The notes under the pieces were generated by a model. The model saw only the letters and a list, made by a program, of their open reading frames with translations, was not told where the DNA came from and searched no databases. Positions 21,712 through 30,537 of a stretch of DNA of 64,000 bases are shown here, piece by piece. A program made the translations under genes and the position numbers. The DNA comes from an uncultured Chloroflexia bacterium (GTDB lineage: Bacteria; Chloroflexota; Limnocylindria; Limnocylindrales; CSP1-4), in NCBI GenBank assembly GCA_963708065.1, contig CAVPRZ010000011.1, positions 5,195 to 69,194 on the forward strand, written 5' to 3'. Positions within the stretch are counted from its first letter, which is position 1. Every line of letters begins with the position of its first letter.

Positions 21712-22500
21712 GTGATGGCGCATCCGGGCCCCATCGGCGAGGCTGCCGTCATGCAGGTCCTCCAGCCTCAGTCGACGCGGACCGGCTCGCCCCTGTCGAT
21801 CCTCACCGGGCTGACGATCGGCCTGCTCCTCGTCGGCCTCGGCGCCGCCCTCGCCTACCTCGCGCTGGCGACCCCGTTCAGCCAGCAGTTCACGCCGGAT
21901 CCCCGGTCGAGCCCGGCGCGGGTCGTCCTCAGCGCCATCGGCTGGACGCTGCTCATCGTCGCGCCGGCGATCGCCGCCCTGGCCGGGATCGCCTGGCTGG
22001 CCGGCGTCGCTGAGAAGGCAGGCGCGCGGCGTCGCCGTCCGCACCCGGTCGCCAAGCTCAGCCGGGTCCTCGGCGAGGACTACCTCGCGGCCACGAGCGT
22101 CCACCTGCCCGACGGCCGGCTGGTGTCGGAGGTGATCGTCGGGCCCCACGGGATCGCCGTCTTCGAGCCGTTGCCGCCGTCGTCCCTGACCCGCGTCCAG
22201 AGCGGCCGCTGGGAGCTCCGGGTCGGCCGGGATCGCTGGGTCCCGATGGAGGATCCGCTCGAGCGAGCCGCCCGGTCGGCCGATCGCGTCCGCCACTGGC
22301 TCGGCAGCGAGGACCACGGGTTCGTGGTCCGGGTGTACGCCGCGGTCATCGCACCGGACGGCACACTGACGCGGTCGTCGAGCTGCGCGGTCGTCTCCCG
22401 CGAGCAGGTCCCGGCCTACCTCAACTCGCTGCCGGTCCAGCGCGGCTTCACCCCGGAACGCCGGGAACGCATCATCGAGGACATCCGCGCCGCCGTCTGA
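21712..22500 (+). CDS. Membrane-anchored NERD-like (nuclease-related domain) protein
   Basis: Two N-terminal TM helices. It then shows a NERD-like pattern (LGEDYLAATSVHLPDG..EVIVGPHGIAVFEP..W..DPLERAARSADRVRHWL). The family assignment is tentative. Confidence 0.5.
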   Translation: MMAHPGPIGEAAVMQVLQPQSTRTGSPLSILTGLTIGLLLVGLGAALAYLALATPFSQQFTPDPRSSPARVVLSAIGWTLLIVAPAIAALAGIAWLAGVAEKAGARRRRPHPVAKLSRVLGEDYLAATSVHLPDGRLVSEVIVGPHGIAVFEPLPPSSLTRVQSGRWELRVGRDRWVPMEDPLERAARSADRVRHWLGSEDHGFVVRVYAAVIAPDGTLTRSSSCAVVSREQVPAYLNSLPVQRGFTPERRERIIEDIRAAV

Positions 22501-22551
22501 GCCCAACCGGCGGCGAGCGCCCGGCGGCCCAGGAGGGACGCTACTCTTCCG

Positions 22552-23499
22552 GTGTCGGGTCAGCCCGGGAGGTCAGCGGTGCGGACGATCCTGCTCTGGA
22601 TGGCACGCAACACGTGGCTCCGGGAGCGGCTGCCGCATTTCCGCTTCGTCCGCCGCGCCGTCCGGACGTTCATGCCCGGCGAGGACCTCGGGGCCGCGCT
22701 CGACGCGGCCGTCGCCTGCCGGACCGACGGGATCAAGGCCGCGTTCACGAGGCTGGGCGAGAACCTGACTGACCTGGCCGAGGCGGATGCCGTCGCCGAC
22801 CATTACGTCACGGTCCTCGACGAGATCACCGCCCGAGGACTCGCCGGCGAGGTTTCGATCAAGCTGACCCAGCTCGGCTACGACCTCGACGTCGAGGCCG
22901 CCTTCCGCCATTTCGACCGGATCGCCGCACACGCCGCCGAGGTCGGCACCTCGGCCTGGATCGACATGGAGGGCAGCGCCTACGTCGAGGGCACGATCGC
23001 CTTCTACGAACGTGTCCGGGCCGCCCGCGACAACGTCGGGCTGTGTCTCCAGTCGTACCTCCTGCGGACGCCGGCCGACGTCCAGCGCCTGCTGCCGCTC
23101 CGCCCGGCGATCCGCCTGGTCAAGGGCGCCTACGACGAGCCGGCCTCGGTCGCCTATCGCTCGCGGCGCGAGGTCGACACGGCGTTCCTGGCCATCGCCA
23201 CGACGCTCGCCCCGGCGGTCCGCGACGGCGCGGCCCGCCTCGTGGCCGGGACGCACGACGTCGGGCTCATCGAGCAGATCGCCCGGCATGGCGCCGCGAT
23301 CGGGCTCGAGCCCGGCAAGATCGAGGTCGAGATGCTCTACGGGATCCGGGCCGACCAGCAGCGCCGGCTGGCCGGGCTCGGGTTCGACGTTCGTTGCCTC
23401 ATCGCCTACGGCGAGCACTGGTATCCGTGGTACATGCGCCGGCTCGCCGAGCGGCCGGCGAACGTGATCTTCGCCCTCCGCCAGCTCATCCCCTGGTAG
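22552..23499 (+). CDS. Proline dehydrogenase
   Basis: PRODH motifs: SIKLTQLG, AWIDMEGS, LQSYL, RLVKGAY, EMLYGIR. An alternative GTG start at 22579 has a better-spaced GGGAGG. Confidence 0.8.
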   Translation: MSGQPGRSAVRTILLWMARNTWLRERLPHFRFVRRAVRTFMPGEDLGAALDAAVACRTDGIKAAFTRLGENLTDLAEADAVADHYVTVLDEITARGLAGEVSIKLTQLGYDLDVEAAFRHFDRIAAHAAEVGTSAWIDMEGSAYVEGTIAFYERVRAARDNVGLCLQSYLLRTPADVQRLLPLRPAIRLVKGAYDEPASVAYRSRREVDTAFLAIATTLAPAVRDGAARLVAGTHDVGLIEQIARHGAAIGLEPGKIEVEMLYGIRADQQRRLAGLGFDVRCLIAYGEHWYPWYMRRLAERPANVIFALRQLIPW

Positions 23500-23523
23500 G
23501 CGGGCCCGCGTCGGCGCGCCGGG

Positions 23524-24807
23524 TCAGGCGATCGCGGGCGTGGCCGCCGGCGGTCGGTCGGGCCGGCCGGTCACCGAGATCCGCAGCGCCATGGCCGCGG
23601 CGATGAACCCGAGCAGGCCGGCGGACAGGAACATCGAGCTGTAGTCGCCGAGCGCGTCGTGGACGACGCCGCCGAGGAACGCGGCCAGCGCCGCCCCGAC
23701 CATGTGCGAGAAGAAGATCCAGCCGTAGATCGTGCCCAGGTGGGCCCGGCCATACAGCCGGGTCGTCAGGTTGACCGTCGGCGGGACCGTCGCGATCCAG
23801 TCCAGGCCGTAGACGATCGCGAACAGGAACAGCTCGGGGATCGCCAGGATGACCGGCAGGAACGCGATCGACAGCGCCCGGAACGTGTAGTACGCGGCCA
23901 GCAGCTTGCGGTTGTCGTAGCGGTCGGTCAGCCAGCCGCTGGCCAGCGTCCCGATCACGTTCATCATCCCCATCAGGCCGACGGCGCTCGCCGCGGTTGC
24001 TGGGCTGAACCCGTGCTCCACGGCGTGCGGGATCAGGTGCGTCCCGATGAGCCCGTTCGAGGTGTAGCCGCAGACGAAGAAGCTCGCCGCTAGGAGCCAG
24101 AAGTCGCGCGTCCGCGTCGCCTGGCGGAGGGTGGCTCCGCTGGCGGCGTCGGCCAGCTCCGCCTCGGCGGCCGCGGCGCTGCCATCGTCGCCGTACGGCT
24201 GGAGCCCGACGTCGGCCGGCCGATCGCGGAGGAGGATGAGCGCCGGCACGGCGGCGACGAGGACGGCGACGGCCATCGCGGCGATCGCGGACCGCCAGCC
24301 CGACGTTGAGATGACGGCGACGAGCGACGGCAGGAAGATCAGCTGGCCCATGGACGAGGCCGCGGCGAACAGCCCGATCACCAGCCCGCGCTGGGACCGG
24401 AACCAGCGCGCCGCGACCGTCGCCCCGAGCACGCCACCGACCGCGCCGGTGCCGATGCCGACGACGACGCCCCAGAACAGGAACAGCTGCCACTCCTGGG
24501 TCATCCACAGCATCGGCAGGAGCCCGGCCGCAATCAGGATGCAGCCGCTGACGGCCAGGCGGCGCGGCCCGAACCGGTCGATCAGCCCACCGGCGATCGG
24601 CGCGCCCAGCCCGTAGGCGAGAATGCTCAGCGCGACTGCCAGCGAGATGCTGCCGCGGCTCCAGGCGTACTCACCCTGGAGTGGCAGGATGAGGGCGCCG
24701 GGGGCCGCCCGGACGCCGGCCGTCACGAGGATGACCGCGAACGTCACGGCCGCGACGACGAAGGCATAGTGCCAGCGGGGACGGACCTCGGCGCGGGACG
24801 CGGTCAT
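23524..24807 (-). CDS. MFS transporter
   Basis: 427 aa with about 12 predicted TM segments and the MFS loop motif GGLIDRFGPRR. Confidence 0.8.
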   Translation of the reverse strand: MTASRAEVRPRWHYAFVVAAVTFAVILVTAGVRAAPGALILPLQGEYAWSRGSISLAVALSILAYGLGAPIAGGLIDRFGPRRLAVSGCILIAAGLLPMLWMTQEWQLFLFWGVVVGIGTGAVGGVLGATVAARWFRSQRGLVIGLFAAASSMGQLIFLPSLVAVISTSGWRSAIAAMAVAVLVAAVPALILLRDRPADVGLQPYGDDGSAAAAEAELADAASGATLRQATRTRDFWLLAASFFVCGYTSNGLIGTHLIPHAVEHGFSPATAASAVGLMGMMNVIGTLASGWLTDRYDNRKLLAAYYTFRALSIAFLPVILAIPELFLFAIVYGLDWIATVPPTVNLTTRLYGRAHLGTIYGWIFFSHMVGAALAAFLGGVVHDALGDYSSMFLSAGLLGFIAAAMALRISVTGRPDRPPAATPAIA

Positions 24808-24877
24808 GCCGCGATTTGTATCACGCCGCTAGGCCAAGATGCCAGCAGGTGGCGCGCCGTCCACGCCGACCGGGGGC

Positions 24878-24954
24878 TGGTAGGGGAGCCTGGACTCGAA
24901 CCAGGGACCGGCCGTGTATAAGACGGCTGCTCTCACCAACTGAGCTACTCCCCC
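24878..24954 (-). tRNA. tRNA-Ile with anticodon UAU (encoded CCA end)
   Basis: Manual cloverleaf: acceptor GGGGGAG/CTCCCCT (G1-U72), D stem GCTC/GAGC, anticodon stem GCCGT/ACGGC, loop CTTATAC, T arm CCTGG-TTCGAGT-CCAGG, discriminator A, CCA. Confidence 0.85.
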
Positions 24955-24986
24955 ACGGCCGATCGTAGCACCAGGTCGCCGGCCGG

Positions 24987-25856
24987 TCAGCTCACCGACG
25001 AGATCGCGAAGGCCGACCGCCAGTGGACGATCCGGACGGCGACGAGGACGCCGAGCGCCGCGAGGACGAGGATCGCCGCCGCCGCGACCGAGGCGTCGAG
25101 GCTCGACTGGAACTCCGAGTAGACCATCAGCGGCAGCGTCTGGGTCAGGCCCTGGACGTTGCCGGCGAACATGATCGTCGCCCCGAACTCGCCCATCGCC
25201 CGGGCCCAGCTCAGCACCAGCCCGGAGGCGAGGGCGGCCCCGGCCAGGGGCAGCGTGATCCGCCGGACGACCGCCCACTCGTCGCCGCCGTCGACCCGTG
25301 CCGCGTCCTCGAGGTCCGCGTCGACGCCGATGAACCCCGCCCGGGCAGCCCGGATGTAGAACGGCGCCGACACGAACGTCTGGGCCAGGATGACCGCCGC
25401 GGTCGTGAACGGAAGCTCGACCCCCAGCGCGCCCAGCGGCTCCCCGAGAAGGCCGCGCCGGCCGACGGCCAGCAGGAGCGCCAGCCCGGCGACCGACGGC
25501 GGCAGGACGATCGGCAGGTCGACGATCGCCTCGACGAGCGGAGAGCCAGGGAACCTCCGCCGCGCGAGGACGAACGCCAGCGGGGTCCCCAGCACGACGG
25601 TGATGACCAGGCTGACGGCGGTGGTGAGCAGGCTCAGGGTGAGCGCGGCGACGATGGCCGGGTCTCGGAGCGCGCCGGCGAGGGCACCGTCGACGATCGC
25701 CTTCCCGAGGAGCGCGACCACCGGCAGGGCGAGCAGCGCCGCGGCGATCGCGGCGACGACAACGACCGCCGCCGGGATTCGCTGGGCGGAGGAGCCGACG
25801 GACCGGACGCGACCGGGCGCCGGACGATCGAACCGGGTGATCGACCGACCGGTCAT
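24987..25856 (-). CDS. modB: Molybdate ABC transporter permease
   Basis: ATG at 25856 within ORF 24987..26246. The sequence is CysTW/ModB-like and carries the EAA loop (EDAARVDGGDEWAVVRRITLPLA). Confidence 0.85.
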   Translation of the reverse strand: MTGRSITRFDRPAPGRVRSVGSSAQRIPAAVVVVAAIAAALLALPVVALLGKAIVDGALAGALRDPAIVAALTLSLLTTAVSLVITVVLGTPLAFVLARRRFPGSPLVEAIVDLPIVLPPSVAGLALLLAVGRRGLLGEPLGALGVELPFTTAAVILAQTFVSAPFYIRAARAGFIGVDADLEDAARVDGGDEWAVVRRITLPLAGAALASGLVLSWARAMGEFGATIMFAGNVQGLTQTLPLMVYSEFQSSLDASVAAAAILVLAALGVLVAVRIVHWRSAFAISSVS

Positions 25857-25875
25857 CAGACGTGGACCTCGGCGG

Positions 25876-26713
25876 TCACGGCGGTGGGAGGAATCCGAAG
25901 CTGCGGAGGATCGCCTGGCCGTCCGGTCCGGCGAACCAGTCGAGGAAGGCCGTCGCCGCGGCAGGGTTCCTGGACGCCCGGACGACGAGGCCGTCGTAGG
26001 TCGCCGGGACGTTGGCGGAGTCTGGGACGTCGACAGTGGAGACCTTCGTCGAGGCCTTCGCGTCGGTGACGTAGACGATGCCTGCGTCGCCCTCGCCGAG
26101 CTCGACCTTGGCGACGACGGCCTTGACGTTGTCCTCCTTCGACGCGACGTTGGCCGCGTAGGCGGCGGCGAAGTCGGCCGGGTAGCCGGCCTCCTTGGCG
26201 AGGTTCGCGACGAGCTGGGTCGCGTACTTCGTGATCGGCACGTCATCGCCGGCGGCGATGACCTTGACCCCGGACCTGGCGAGGTCGGCCGGCGTCCTGA
26301 TGCCGGCCGGGTTGTCGGCCGGGACGATGACCGTCAGCTTGTTGCCGGCGAACGTGCACCGGGTCGCCCGCGGCGAGGCCCTTGTCGACGAGCTTCTTGG
26401 GGTTCGACGTGTCGGCGGACAGGAAGACGTCGGCCGGCGCACCCTGCTCGATCTTCGTCTCGAGGGCGGACGACGAGTCGGTCGAGATCACGAGCGTCGT
26501 GCCCGGGTTGGCCGCCTCGTAGGCGGCCTTGGCTTTGTCGAGCGCGCCCTTGAGCGATGCGGCGCCGTAGATCGTCAGGTCGCCCGCCGAGACCGATGGC
26601 GATGCAGGGCCGGGTGATCCGGTCGCCGACGCCGCGGCGCCGTCGCTCGAGCAGGCCGCGAGGACGACCGCGAGGACGATGACGAGTACGACCGGCGAGG
26701 GCAGTCGCCTCAT
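25876..26713 (-). pseudogene. modA: Molybdate-binding periplasmic lipoprotein (one frame change)
   Basis: The N-terminal half with lipobox LAAC is in ORF 26243..26713 (TIYGAASLKGAL..FLSADTSNPKKL). The C-terminal half is in ORF 25876..26442 (GNKLTVIVPADNP..GIVYVTDA). Confidence 0.8.
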
Positions 26714-27141
26714 CAGGCTCGCGGTTCCCTCGCCGAGGGGATCTCGACGATGACGTGGGTCGCCTTGACGACGCAGACCGCCTCGACGCCGACCGCGAGC
26801 CCCAACTCGTCGACGGCCTCGGCGGTCATCAGGCTCACGAGCCGGTGGGGCCCGGCGAGGACCTCGACGACTGCGGCGACCCGGTCGCGCTCGACCCGGG
26901 TGACGATCCCGGCGAACCGGTTGCGGGCCGATTGGGCGACGATCGGGCGGTCGCTCGTCTGTCGCCGGCGCTCGGCCAGGAGACGGCTGACCTCGGCGAG
27001 CGGGACGAGCCGCTGGCCGCCGGCCGTGCGCACGGTCTCGAGCTTGCCGTCGGCCTCCCAGCGGCGGACCGTATCGACCCCGACACCGAGCAGCTCGGCC
27101 GCCTCGCCGATCCGGAGGGTGCGTGGTTCTTCTCTGACCAT
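26713..27141 (-). CDS. MerR/excisionase-type HTH fused to a Mop/TOBE molybdate-binding domain (mod operon regulator)
   Basis: The HTH is IGEAAELLGVGVDTVRRWEADGKL. The TOBE-like segment is ARNRFAGIVTRVERDRVAAVVEV..VCVVKATHVIVE. Its stop overlaps the modA ATG. Confidence 0.7.
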   Translation of the reverse strand: MVREEPRTLRIGEAAELLGVGVDTVRRWEADGKLETVRTAGGQRLVPLAEVSRLLAERRRQTSDRPIVAQSARNRFAGIVTRVERDRVAAVVEVLAGPHRLVSLMTAEAVDELGLAVGVEAVCVVKATHVIVEIPSAREPRA

Positions 27142-27251
27142 ACCGCGTATTACGGCATGGATCGGACCAATTGTCTAGGTTTCAGTGGCGGGTGGCGGCC
27201 CCGCTGCGGGACGATCGGATCCACGGCGGGGCCGCGCTACGGGGACGAGCG

Positions 27252-27460
27252 GGTGCGCATGATGCACCAACCAGCGAAGGAGGGTGGCTCCGGACGTCAC
27301 GCAGGGCCACTCCACCTCCCGTTGGTGCGTGAGGTGCTCCAACCGGCGGAGGAAGAGGCTTCAAGACCTCGACTGGGCCTACTCCGCCGTCCGTTGGTGC
27401 GCGTGGCGCACCGCCGAGAGGCCGGCGGACGGGCGGAACGGTGCGCGTGGTGCACCAACC
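27252..27460. repeat. Array of four related palindromes (GGTGCGC-N3-GYGCACC with TTGG/CCAA flanks) plus two diverged ~70-nt hairpin units
   Basis: Copies are at 27252-27272, 27321-27344, 27393-27412 and 27440-27460. The third copy has perfect 7-bp arms (GGTGCGC GTG GCGCACC). Confidence 0.8.
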
Positions 27461-27507
27461 TGGGGATGCCCGCCGAATCGGCGACGCGAACCGCGAGACG
27501 GGGCGGG

Positions 27508-27801
27508 CTATGAGTTGCGGAAGAGCTTCCCGGTGATCCCGCGGAGGCTGAACGGCCGGGCCTCGATCTGGCCGTGGCGCCCGTTGCCGTTGGGCTGGCC
27601 GAGCAGGACCGGGGCGAACATGCTGCCGACCATCCGCGACGCGAGCTCGTGCTCCTCAGCGGTCCGCTCGACCTCGAGCGGCAGGTCGTCCGGGTCGACC
27701 GGGCGCTCGATCGTCTCCCTCGGGCGCGGCGGCCGCGCGTACGCGGGGGCGCCATAGAGCTTCGGCAGTGCGACGTGATGCTCTTCTGAGGACACGTGCA
27801 A
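27508..27801 (-). CDS. Small hypothetical protein
   Basis: 97-aa ORF with GC3-biased codons and non-repetitive composition. The start is TTG at 27801, or GTG at 27795 with AGAGG 6 nt upstream. Confidence 0.4.
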   Translation of the reverse strand: MHVSSEEHHVALPKLYGAPAYARPPRPRETIERPVDPDDLPLEVERTAEEHELASRMVGSMFAPVLLGQPNGNGRHGQIEARPFSLRGITGKLFRNS

Positions 27802-28024
27802 CCTCTGGACGATCGTACGGGACCGAGGGCAGTCGACGGTCCCGAGGCAGATGATAGCCGCCGCACGATAGCGCGGAATGGTACGGAGGGGCTAGCCCCG
27901 GGTGGACTCCACGAGCGCCGAAACGGTGCACGGGTCCACGTGCCCGAACGAGCGACCGCCCGGGCCCCGCGTCAGCCCCGCGGCGCGCATGTCCCGGCAC
28001 GCGCGTCGCGCCGCCATCGGACGC

Positions 28025-28433
28025 TCAGGTCAGGAGCGGCCGCAGGAGCTGGCTCTCGACGACCAGGACGAGGTACGCGATCGGGACGGCGGCGAACAGC
28101 CCGAGGGCGGCGCTCCACGAGGCTTCGCGTCCGTCGGCCGCCGGCCCCGGTCGGCTGAGGAACGATGAGGTAGGTGATCAGCGCCCCCGTCGTCACGACG
28201 AGGACGACGAAGCAGGCGACCGCCAGCGCCCGCAGGTCGCCGCCCGGCAGGCTCGCCCCGCGGGTCAGCGCGACGTCGTACGCCAGGTAGCCGAGACCGA
28301 GCACGATCGCCACGACGAGCGGGCTCAGCACGGCCCTGACGACCGGTCGCGGGGCGTTCCGGAACTGGCGCCAGCGGACCTCGAACCAGCCGCGTCGCCG
28401 GACGCCCTCCCGGCCCCGCTCGTCGGCGGTCAT
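28025..28433 (-). pseudogene. Small membrane protein (three TM), one frame change
   Basis: Its ATG overlaps the aminotransferase stop (ATGA). Two TM helices are in frame. The third helix and the stop (SWSAALGLFAAVPIAYLVLVVESQLLRPLLT*) were recovered in another frame by manual translation. Confidence 0.45.
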
Positions 28434-29668
28434 GCCTCCTCGCCGAGCATCGCCAGCATCCGCCGTGGCGGCAGCGTCGCCGGGGTGTGACCCGCGACGA
28501 GCTCGACGGTGGCGGCGAACCGCTCGAGCTCCTCTTCCGTGTTGTAGAACCCGACGCTGATCCGGAGCGCGTCGGTCGGCAGGGTCCGGAAGATCGCGAA
28601 GCAGCGACGGCTGATCTCCTCGAACGCCTCGTCGCTTGTCCAGCCCGCGATCCGGAACGAGATGAGGTTCGCCATCCGCTCGCGCGGGGTGAGGAGCTCG
28701 ACGCCGGGGATCGCGGCGAGGCGCTCGGCGGTCGCCCGGGCGAGCTCGTGTCCGCGCCGGTGGACCCAGTCGAGACCGACGAACATCGACAGCCAGGCCA
28801 GGCTGCGGGCCATGCCGAGCACGACCGGTCGCGAGTAGCCGGAGGTCTCGAAGCGGCGGGCGGCAGCGTGGAGCGTCGCGGCCCCGACGAGGTCGTGGCT
28901 GGCGTACGAGAAGAACCCGGCGAACGTCTGGCGAGCCCGCTCGATCGCCGCCGGGGCGCAGTAGAGCGCCGCGATCCCCTCGGGCCCGAGCAGCCACTTC
29001 TGGGCGGGGATCGCGTAGAAGTCGACGCCGAGCGCTCCGACCTCGACCGGGATCGCCCCGATCGCCTGGGCGCCGTCGACGACGGTCACGGCACCGCGCG
29101 CCCGGGCCAGCTCGGCGATGCGGGCGACCGGCAGCACCGCGCCGGTCGTCCAGCTGACGTGGCTCACCGAGACGAGCTTCGTCCCGGGCACGATGGCCGC
29201 ATCCAGGGCGGCCAGGGTCCGTTCGTCGTCGCCGCCGTCGCCGAGGTCGGTCATGACCAGCTCGATCCCGAGCCGGTCGCGCAGCGTGTACAGCGGGCCA
29301 AGGGCGCCGGCATGCTCGAACCGGGTCGTCACGGCCCGGTCGCCGGGCCGCCAGTCGACGCTCCAGCTGGCGACGTTCAGGGCATCCGTCGTCGAGTGGG
29401 TGAGGGCGATCTCGGCCGGGGCGGCCCGGGCGATCGCGGCGACCGCCGCGCGTGCCTCGTCCATCCGCTCGAGGAGATCGACGAAGTCGTCGAGGCTGGC
29501 CCGGCCGACCGTGAGCTCGCGCTCGGCGAGCTCTGCCATCGCCCGATGGGTCTCGGCCGGGAGCGGCCCGACCGATCCGGCATTGAGGTAGATCCCGGCA
29601 GCCGTGGCCGGGAGCGCCTCGCGGACGGCCGCGAGCCGGTCGCCTTCCGGGAGGAATGGGGTCACCAC
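28430..29668 (-). CDS. Class-V aminotransferase / cysteine desulfurase-like PLP enzyme
   Basis: 412 aa. Motifs HSTTDALN, VSVSHVSWTTG and DGAQAIGAIPV, with the lysine in IPAQKWLLGPEG. Confidence 0.7.
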   Translation of the reverse strand: MVTPFLPEGDRLAAVREALPATAAGIYLNAGSVGPLPAETHRAMAELAERELTVGRASLDDFVDLLERMDEARAAVAAIARAAPAEIALTHSTTDALNVASWSVDWRPGDRAVTTRFEHAGALGPLYTLRDRLGIELVMTDLGDGGDDERTLAALDAAIVPGTKLVSVSHVSWTTGAVLPVARIAELARARGAVTVVDGAQAIGAIPVEVGALGVDFYAIPAQKWLLGPEGIAALYCAPAAIERARQTFAGFFSYASHDLVGAATLHAAARRFETSGYSRPVVLGMARSLAWLSMFVGLDWVHRRGHELARATAERLAAIPGVELLTPRERMANLISFRIAGWTSDEAFEEISRRCFAIFRTLPTDALRISVGFYNTEEELERFAATVELVAGHTPATLPPRRMLAMLGEEA

Positions 29669-29687
29669 GGGTCCGTATCATACGGGC

Positions 29688-30530
29688 GTGAGCGGCTATC
29701 CCCGCCCCGAGCTCCTGGCCACGGTCGACTGGCTGGCCGAGAACCTCGGCCGGCCGGAGGTCCGGGTCCTCGATATCCGATCGCGACCGGACGGCACGGG
29801 TCGGGCGACCTACGCGGCCGGTCACATCCCGGGCGCCGGCTACCTCGACTGGACGACGGACCTCGTCGACCCGGACGAGGAGAACCCGCTGTTCCTGCTG
29901 GCCGGTCCCGACCAGGTCGCGGCCGCCCTCGGACGGCTGGGCGTCGGCGGCGGGATGACGGTCGTCCTGTACGACGACACCGCGAGCCTGTACGCCGCCC
30001 GCGCCTGGTGGAGCCTGCGGGTCTACGGGCTCGAGTCGAGCCGGATCCTGAACGGCGGCCTGGCGGCCTGGACCGCCGCCGGCCACGAGCTGTCGCGGGC
30101 GAGCCTGCCGCCCTCCCCGGCCACGTTCATCCCGCGGGCGGTCCCGCGGATGCGCCTCACGACCTCGGACGTCCGGGGCCTCCTCGGATCCCACGACGCG
30201 ATCCTGATCGACGCCCGGGCGCCGGCCGAGTACCGCGGCTTCGAGGGCAACACCCGCCGGCTTGGGCACATTCCGGGAGCGGTCAACGTGCCCGTCTCGC
30301 TGACGACCGAGCCGGGCAGCGGCGTGTTCCGGTCCGCCAACGCTCTGCGTGAGACCTTCCTCAAGGCCAACGTGACCCGGGGCCGGCGACTCGTCTGCTA
30401 CGACGGGTCGGGGGTCGCCGCCGCCAAGCTGGCCTTCGTCCTGAGCCTGCTCGGCCACGACGACGTCGCCGTCTACGACGGCGGCTGGTCGGAATGGGGT
30501 GACCGGCTCGACCTGCCGGTCGATCGCTGA
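29688..30530 (+). CDS. Two-domain rhodanese (thiosulfate/3-mercaptopyruvate sulfurtransferase-like)
   Basis: GHIPGA occurs twice. The active-site loop is CYDGSGVAA. A GTG start at 29688 is inferred. It is divergent from the aminotransferase. Confidence 0.75.
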   Translation: MSGYPRPELLATVDWLAENLGRPEVRVLDIRSRPDGTGRATYAAGHIPGAGYLDWTTDLVDPDEENPLFLLAGPDQVAAALGRLGVGGGMTVVLYDDTASLYAARAWWSLRVYGLESSRILNGGLAAWTAAGHELSRASLPPSPATFIPRAVPRMRLTTSDVRGLLGSHDAILIDARAPAEYRGFEGNTRRLGHIPGAVNVPVSLTTEPGSGVFRSANALRETFLKANVTRGRRLVCYDGSGVAAAKLAFVLSLLGHDDVAVYDGGWSEWGDRLDLPVDR

Positions 30531-30537
30531 CCCGGAG

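Noticed and set aside
18830-22500. Methyltransferase + membrane SH3 protein + NERD-like protein as a restriction or defence island
   Set aside because: The genes are in three different orientations with separate intergenic regions. There is no recognisable endonuclease, ATPase or specificity subunit. The NERD assignment is itself tentative, so a system call is not supported.
24808-24990. tRNA gene as an integration hotspot or genomic island boundary
   Set aside because: No integrase, no direct repeat of the tRNA 3' end, and no compositional break is visible. The flanking genes (MFS transporter, modB) look like ordinary chromosomal genes.
27142-27507. Possible Moco riboswitch in the leader of the mod operon
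   Set aside because: I read the minus-strand sequence against what I recall of the Moco RNA motif and found no convincing match to its conserved core. The region is instead reported as a palindrome/hairpin array. A cmsearch with Rfam RF01055 would settle it.
27972-30458. 828-aa minus-strand ORF
   Set aside because: It is a composite. It lies in a different frame from the class-V aminotransferase and antisense to the rhodanese. The translation is low-complexity except for the final membrane-protein segment, which is annotated separately.
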